DNA from: a virus
Lineage: Duplodnaviria > Caudoviricetes
Length of the DNA: 64,000 nt
Virus record (IMG/VR): IMGVR_UViG_3300017909_004107
Coordinates: 32,001-96,000 of that record
Reading direction: 5' to 3' (one strand)
Shown one piece after another: positions 59,501 through 64,000 of this stretch; the first letter of the stretch is position 1; the number at the start of each line of letters is the position of its first letter. The position numbers and the translations under genes were made by a program. The notes under the pieces are model-generated. The model had not been told where the DNA came from. It worked only from the letters and a program-made list of their open reading frames with translations, and searched no databases.

Positions 59501-61678
59501 TCATCTGTTAATAATGTTAGAATCATAAATTCCGGTGGTAATTTGAAAAGCACAGATACTGAAGTCTTTGCTGTCAACAATACGAATGGTGTTGGTATTA
59601 TAAGTGCAACATATTCCGATCCTACTGTTACTTTAAGATTACAAACACCTTCAGGTGGTTTTACAACAGCACTGCCTGTACCATTCACAATAGGTGATGA
59701 GATTTTTGTTGAAAATGTTGGTGTATCAACAGGACACGGTTACAATTCCTCTGATTTCCAGTACTCATATTTTGTTGTCAGTGGTGTTAATACAAATGCA
59801 GGTCTTGTAAATCAGGCAACTATTACATACATTGTAAACACAAATCCCGGAATTCATGATTTTCAAAATTTTGGTATGGTGACAAAGAAATCTGATATTG
59901 CACAATTCAACGCTATCTTAGAGGAAGGAACTTTCTTCTCAGGTGAAGAAGTTTATACTGACAATACAGCAACAAACATCTCAAGGGGACAAGATAGTTC
60001 TACAAATATTATTCGAGTTGATTCTGTTGATGGACTCAATGTCGGAGATTTAGTATCAGGTAGAACTTCTAGAGCATCAGGTATTATAGAGAGCATCACT
60101 CCAAACACAGGTAGATTTAAGTTAGGGTCTACATTGAAAAAAGCGTACGGGTGGGAGAGAGATACTGGTAAAACAAATGAGTTTTTTCAAAGAATACAAG
60201 ATAATGATTATTATCAAAATTTTTCTTACTCTCTCAAGTCTCTTGTAGGTATATCAAGTTGGAGTGAGCCAGTTGAATCATTGGCACATCCTGCAGGATT
60301 CAAAAAACATTCTGATCTTTTAGTGCCTTCAGTAGGGTCTGTTGGTTTTGGATCTACAGTTGCAGCAAAAGAGCAAGTTATTTCTTCCATTGTTCTTATT
60401 GATAATAAAGCAGATATTAATTGTAAGCATGACTTTGATTTAGTCAGAGAAATTACTGACGCTACTCAAACTAAAAGTGATAAGGTTGTATTTCAGTCTA
60501 ATAAGTTTGGTAATGCTCTTGTTTGTAAGTCAAACAGAGTTTTGGAGATAGATGATATTAGTCCTCAATTCTATACAGATCCAAATTTATTAAGATCAGC
60601 ACAAATTGATGCTTGGTCTGCTGCTGAAATTTCAGCAGTGAAATACTATGCTCAAGTAGTTCTTGACGCCACTGCGGGTGTCTTGGTAAATGAAACACAA
60701 TATTCAGAGTTTGTTGTATCACATAATGGTGATGTGGCAATAATCAATCAATATTCAGATTTATCAGATTCCTTTGATCTGGGTGATTTCACTGCAGATA
60801 TGGCAAATGGTCAGGTTTCAGTATCGTTCAGTCCTTATAATAGCACCTTTGTTTATGATATAACAGTGTATCGTGAGATCTTGAATCAGGGAGTGGGTGT
60901 TGGAACTACGTCCTACGGTGGTATAAAGAAGGTCGGTGTTTCATCTTTTGTCGCATCTTCAGGTTCTCCATCTGAACAGATAATTCAATCAATTGATGCT
61001 AATGCATTCAAGTCTGGAACTGTCCTTGTCGCTGCAACTGGAAATACAAAAGAAAAAGAATTTCTAGAAGCGAGTTTTGTTGGAATAGGATCTACAGTTC
61101 AATTCATTGAATATGGCAAGATGAAAGAGGATATGGATTTAGGCACATTCAATGTGGGTATGACCACTACAAATAATATACAACTCAAGTTCACACCTGC
61201 TGCAGGTATAGGTGTGACGATTGCAACACTAGCAACTCTTGTAGGTGTGGGCACTACAGTGTCGGATGGTATTCCGGGTGGTTCTTATGAGGTGGGAGAT
61301 GCATATCTACAATCGAATAGAACTGAGATATCAGCATCTGGAACTCCTGCTGCTACTAATGTATCCTCTTTATCATATAGTAATTACACCAGTGTTAAAT
61401 ATTATGTGGAAGTTGAAAACGTTACTAATAACGAATATTCAACATTTCATGTCGCTACTAATGCATATGAGGGTGATTCTAATTATATCAAGTATGGAAA
61501 TGTCTCTACTGCTCTAACTGCTAAACGAGATATTCAAAATACAGATATTATTGTTTCTGGTTTCAATGTAATTTTACAATTTACTCCTATGGAAAATAGA
61601 GATTATATTGTAAGAGTATCTGAGATAAGAATCGACAAACCTGATGATGTTAATAACGATACTACAATAGAATACTAA
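53513..61678 (+). CDS. gp7: Giant baseplate wedge initiator gp7-like protein (2721 aa) with YHYH-like domain
   Basis: Follows gp6; FLKQYYISQE, DFYTTKGT, HSPILGWAYDGHPIYG, DLDEHNGRF, QDNDYYQNFSYS, HPAGFK. Confidence 0.75.
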   Translation: MIETSLSRVKIHEVIESQIPEAIDSDNPLLGTFLKQYYISQEFQGGPVDIAENLNDYRSVDFLNKDNLTGFTSTSQFIKKFDKTIYVDSTIGWPSKYGLLKIDDEIITYTGIGSTSFTGCVRGFSGIENSEKTNSPEYLTFSETGISTHAENAQVKNLSNIFLQKFYKKVKTQISPGFEDRSFTGDLDISNFLRQSKDFYTTKGTEEAYKILFGTLYKEKVELVKPQEFLFKPSDAEYSVNDVLICEKVSGDPESIVNEGIIQGDASASVYEVENIFLDGKTYYKIRLSSDTIIGSFKPITRTHITAYVAAGSSVVSVDSTVGFAKSSSFNVGRQKFTYTDKTINEFLNVSGIGTISVGATVDAGDDAIAFMRIPVRLKILNSITGFTGTGILQQKGSEYNIKTLGIKKKDIRYSQWLENIATKHTVKDFKTISAGNFELVLTAKHYYKKGQPISVIDIDGQNQDGVITGILNDQVVYISAPSLLAGNQYYIQAKLYKQNNNVANIQNTYAQGDTVVVASNSLPHYLIDVQKRIRNFSTSGISTRSQVITIPDHNLQNGDIVLYNPSVSGSPVAGLSTGQSYYVTNLTSSTISLSLSAENARRSQYITVFDTSDIGTNTNHNLTPFEVGFGTIGAQKILRKFAEPEYGSSKDKTETGKGVGLFVNGVEAYSYKSSDKIYYGSLETVDVLNTGSDYDVINPPRISIQQNGHTGVGASVIAHVSGKLREIQVTSRGLDYETTPDVKITGGNGQATAEAKMRLAPHEVFFDSTSVGGILNTSTDKFTFTEPHGFKHGEEIIYGTDGSTTIGIGTTPGNLINKSSYFVNKNDDFTISLTKTRNEALAGIATLPITTNGGGLHKFETKESRLKVDNIEIISSTDFQNRENTVDSVGINTFKDLITIPNHRYSSGELIRYGGGTVTDISGLTSGKDYYVVKIDDNNFRVSISTSLVDYVKMSLPGTGKHTFNYPPLSVTIDGRQGISTSNATASAVIRGEVDGIHIKAKGDNFGSLFINDNYKPDAIVVEGSKSAFDPVIVNGRIDSVSIKSGGKDYFSAPDIIVNGDGVGAKLIARVANGKIVGVDVITKGAGYTVNGTTITAKTPGSGVIISPNLKTWTINNVQRYANYGDVKDDDGFYGELKVAENGYPYVNYYASRKLRDYLDDNGTDHSPILGWAYDGHPIYGPYATQNFDGSGPLKYMQSSYVKISGISRSDGPALTDYPAGFFIEDYEYQEGYGDLDEHNGRFAVTPEYPNGVYAYYITVSNNLVTNPLSPFTNRREPIFPYIVGDTYNSKLLQYNNQFTSTQDSFPEDLLRNTEKYNLEEYSGVAASAKKKVSIAKIKNTQKGSVDSVKIVEGGTNYNVGDKLTFDNSNTDGFGAFGKVTELVGVAATVVTSTVKINKRIELFAKGKTVTGIVTTGIHDYVTGIPIQISGISSTAFSGLEGTFPIKVNFVRSGLGTSLLASGLTTTIPLRDDIDIFDNNDLVQVDEEQMRVISHDRLNQKITLLRAQNGTTGAAHTDRAEIYRRENKFTYEIDRPIVTATPINESLFFDATKNIGAGLTSGVGIGSTVSFIGAGNISTTTFIPIKSIRLPGHPFKHGDPLTYTPNNGTNLLYSFDGTNTHFLPNSGLFVQKINNDLIGIVTNAYQIDNKHDRVFLTGNTGVGNSHSFRTNRNVATADATTFEVTVSTATTHHLDSFDEIDMKIVSAGSSTLNINYDPGTKFISIGSSNNPPIESTVGEKLIFDTSDSDLLGTKLDFFLDQKFTKTFVGSGKSTVERTDNLIPGITSARTTLHLTENVPDVLYYKFSSVSNKIVNIDEDTTDYGKIIVNPSKFTGKHSLTTSTGGTFTFLVGGLPERVGYTSESSITYTTNSTNARGPISRVILEEGGLNYKDLPKISVASTTGKSAVILAETETAGKLLTTEILEFGYDYPSDSTLSPEASVPNIITLKDNFSLKSIGITSTGSKYLTAPDIIIYNREDDVVNTTVEAVANLEGSSVNNVRIINSGGNLKSTDTEVFAVNNTNGVGIISATYSDPTVTLRLQTPSGGFTTALPVPFTIGDEIFVENVGVSTGHGYNSSDFQYSYFVVSGVNTNAGLVNQATITYIVNTNPGIHDFQNFGMVTKKSDIAQFNAILEEGTFFSGEEVYTDNTATNISRGQDSSTNIIRVDSVDGLNVGDLVSGRTSRASGIIESITPNTGRFKLGSTLKKAYGWERDTGKTNEFFQRIQDNDYYQNFSYSLKSLVGISSWSEPVESLAHPAGFKKHSDLLVPSVGSVGFGSTVAAKEQVISSIVLIDNKADINCKHDFDLVREITDATQTKSDKVVFQSNKFGNALVCKSNRVLEIDDISPQFYTDPNLLRSAQIDAWSAAEISAVKYYAQVVLDATAGVLVNETQYSEFVVSHNGDVAIINQYSDLSDSFDLGDFTADMANGQVSVSFSPYNSTFVYDITVYREILNQGVGVGTTSYGGIKKVGVSSFVASSGSPSEQIIQSIDANAFKSGTVLVAATGNTKEKEFLEASFVGIGSTVQFIEYGKMKEDMDLGTFNVGMTTTNNIQLKFTPAAGIGVTIATLATLVGVGTTVSDGIPGGSYEVGDAYLQSNRTEISASGTPAATNVSSLSYSNYTSVKYYVEVENVTNNEYSTFHVATNAYEGDSNYIKYGNVSTALTAKRDIQNTDIIVSGFNVILQFTPMENRDYIVRVSEIRIDKPDDVNNDTTIEY

Positions 61679-64000
61679 TGTTTAAGATAGGATCAGTAAA
61701 TAAAAAATTTAATAAAGAAACTGAAACCTTTAGGTATTCATTTCATCTAACTCATAAGGGAGATCCTATTTTCCTAAAATCTTTTGATGGGGCGGACCCA
61801 GAAAAGGTTTTGTTAGGTTCAGATTCAATAGTATTAAAAAATCATTTCTTCACCACAGGTGAGGAGTTAGAATATTTTGCAGATGGTTCATCAATAGGTA
61901 TAGATCACACAAGTAGTGGTGTTGGTGCTGCCACTACATTACCGACTAAGGTTTATGCTATAAAGGTCGATGAAAATAAAATAAAACTTGCAGCGACACC
62001 TGCTTTAGCAGCAGCAGGAACACACATCGGATTAACAACCGTTGGCGTTGGAGCAAGTCATGCATTTATTGCAACGAAACAGAATAGTAAAGTTATTGTA
62101 GCATTAGATAATATAATTCAGTCTCCACTTTACGAAAAGGTTGGTGCTGCCACCACAACAGTATCGATTCTAAACAGAGTTGTGTCATTATATGATGCAA
62201 GTATATTTAAACCATATGATCTTATAAAGATTGATAATGAGATCATGAGAATTCAAGTTGTTGGATATAATGGAAATACAAATGATGTATTTGTTGACAG
62301 AGAATGGATGGGAACACAACTATCAGGACATACTAATGGATCTGATGTTCAATTAGTAAAAGGTGACTATAACATTATTAAGGATAAAATAACTTTTGCT
62401 GATGTTCCTTTTGGTGGTATAAAGGAAACTGTTGGTGTGAGTTCAAATCAATTTAATCTAGTAACAAATAGTTTTACAGCACTATCAGATTTCTTAATCA
62501 CTGGATCGGAAGTAAGATTAAGAAGTTTCAATCCTCCTGCACCATTAGTAGGAAATGATAATTACTTTATAATAAAAAATGGTAATAATAACTTTTCTCT
62601 TGCAGCAAATAAAGGTGATGCTCTTGTAGGAACTGCCATAACCTTTACATCTGCAGGGGTGGGAACTCACAACTTTTTATTTGTAGACACTTCAAATGGA
62701 AGTTCATTTCAAGGTAGATCATTTATGCGATCTGACTACACTGGTAATGTGATTATGGACGATGTTTCTGGAGGTTTTACTGGTATAGCAAAGACTTTTA
62801 CTATTACAAGTTCAGGAGTCAATACAACAGGTATTACAAGTGATTTTGGTGCTATACTGGTAAATAATATTTTTCAAAAACCAGAAATAGATTATGACTT
62901 TATAGGTGGTTCTGCAACAGGTATTACATCAATAAGATTTACAGGTAATGATACAGATACTATAAATCTAAGTGATGTAAATGCGAATCAATTACCTAGA
63001 AAAGGTCTTATAGTTTCAATAGCAAATTCGGAGGGATATGGATATCAACAACGACAAGTGGGAACAGGAACCGCAGTGGTTACGGGATTTGGTACGATTA
63101 CAGTTGCAATTGGATTCAGTGGATCCGGATACAGAAATCCTCCTACAACTTATAGAATTTTGGTCGATGGCGGAAATCCTACGGTTGGGAGTGCTGGCAC
63201 ATTTACAGTCGAAGGGGGACATATAAAGGATGTGTTTATGAGTCCTGTTGGAACAGGATACACACATACGAATGTACCTAGAATTACTTTTGACAGTCCA
63301 GTTGGATATGATGATTTACAACTCATCAGTTCTTCCACAGGTATTGGTGCCTCTGTAACTGTAGATGTGGGAGTAGGTCTAAGTATAACTTCAGTAAATC
63401 TGAATAATATAGGTTATGGTTTTACAATTGGTGAACAACTTAGAATTGCAGGAATACCCACAGTAGCAAGTATTGGATCTACATTTCAAAACGCTGTATT
63501 TACAGTGACTGAAACGAGAGATGATGAATTTGCAGGATGGGTATTTGGTAAATTACAAGTTTTGGATGATTTTTCCAATGAATTTGATGGTCGTAAGAAA
63601 GTCTTTACAATGACTGAGAACAAACAACCATTGAGTGTCGAGAAAGATGCAGGTTCACTTATAGATTTAGAGAATAACTTACTAATATTCTTAAATGATA
63701 TTATACAAGAACCTAATGTTGCATATGTGTTTAGTGGTGGAACTCAAATTGAATTTACTGAACCCCCTGTAGAGGGAACATCTTTACAAATTCTTTTGTA
63801 TAGAGGAACTGACTCTGATGTTGCTATAGAAGGAGCATTACAAACAATCAAGACTGGTGACAGTATAACAATAAGAAAGAGTAATGGTGAAATCACCCCT
63901 GTTACACAAAATGAGAGAATTGTTGCTGCAATTACATCAAGAGATACATTGAGAACTAACATATATTCTCAACAAGGAATATCAAATCAGATCTCACCAC
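61678..64000 (+). CDS. Large virion structural protein (VrlC-like), truncated by the window end
   Basis: TAATG coupling; own translation begins MFKIGSVNKKFNKETETFRYSFHLTHKGDPIF; repeats like those in the gp7-like gene; absent from the track presumably because no stop falls in the window. Confidence 0.75.
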   Translation, partial: MFKIGSVNKKFNKETETFRYSFHLTHKGDPIFLKSFDGADPEKVLLGSDSIVLKNHFFTTGEELEYFADGSSIGIDHTSSGVGAATTLPTKVYAIKVDENKIKLAATPALAAAGTHIGLTTVGVGASHAFIATKQNSKVIVALDNIIQSPLYEKVGAATTTVSILNRVVSLYDASIFKPYDLIKIDNEIMRIQVVGYNGNTNDVFVDREWMGTQLSGHTNGSDVQLVKGDYNIIKDKITFADVPFGGIKETVGVSSNQFNLVTNSFTALSDFLITGSEVRLRSFNPPAPLVGNDNYFIIKNGNNNFSLAANKGDALVGTAITFTSAGVGTHNFLFVDTSNGSSFQGRSFMRSDYTGNVIMDDVSGGFTGIAKTFTITSSGVNTTGITSDFGAILVNNIFQKPEIDYDFIGGSATGITSIRFTGNDTDTINLSDVNANQLPRKGLIVSIANSEGYGYQQRQVGTGTAVVTGFGTITVAIGFSGSGYRNPPTTYRILVDGGNPTVGSAGTFTVEGGHIKDVFMSPVGTGYTHTNVPRITFDSPVGYDDLQLISSSTGIGASVTVDVGVGLSITSVNLNNIGYGFTIGEQLRIAGIPTVASIGSTFQNAVFTVTETRDDEFAGWVFGKLQVLDDFSNEFDGRKKVFTMTENKQPLSVEKDAGSLIDLENNLLIFLNDIIQEPNVAYVFSGGTQIEFTEPPVEGTSLQILLYRGTDSDVAIEGALQTIKTGDSITIRKSNGEITPVTQNERIVAAITSRDTLRTNIYSQQGISNQISP

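Noticed and set aside
794-63962. Many 60-180 aa antisense or alternate-frame ORFs in the track (e.g. 794-1015, 17500-17937, 44346-44885, 49058-49525)
   Set aside because: They lie within well-supported genes and lack motifs or expression signals; treated as shadow ORFs
1-64000. tRNA, rRNA, integrase, transposase, intron or intein
   Set aside because: No cloverleaf or T-loop signature or relevant protein motifs recognised by eye; tRNAscan and Infernal were not run

Overview
64 kb of a T4-like marine cyanophage genome (Kyanoviridae-type myovirus, AT-rich, probably infecting Prochlorococcus or low-GC Synechococcus). Layout: baseplate/hub module (gp53 start, gp48, gp2, gp4, gp54-like, gp26, gp51, hub/tape-measure-like genes, cp12, gp5; 1-12.9 kb); tail-fibre module (13-24.9 kb); sugar-nucleotide cluster (25-28.4 kb); a + strand early region (28.4-39.8 kb) with cobT-like/cobS, a nuclease + DNA methyltransferase pair and about 25 small ORFs, many with their own promoter; a mostly - strand accessory island (2OG-Fe(II) oxygenases, sulfotransferases, a second nuclease + Dam-like pair, HNH, glycosyltransferase; 39.9-50.9 kb); and the wedge genes gp25, gp6 and gp7-like (51-64 kb). 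The most striking observation is that my manual scan found no TTAA at all in the ~11.7 kb early region (28062-39786), although TTAA is common on both flanks. That block also has TCAA-repeat leaders, encodes a nuclease/methylase pair, and carries three spatially sorted promoter classes, including four exact NtcA-type promoters (GTA-N8-TAC-N22-TATAAT). All calls come from reading motifs by eye; no searches were run.
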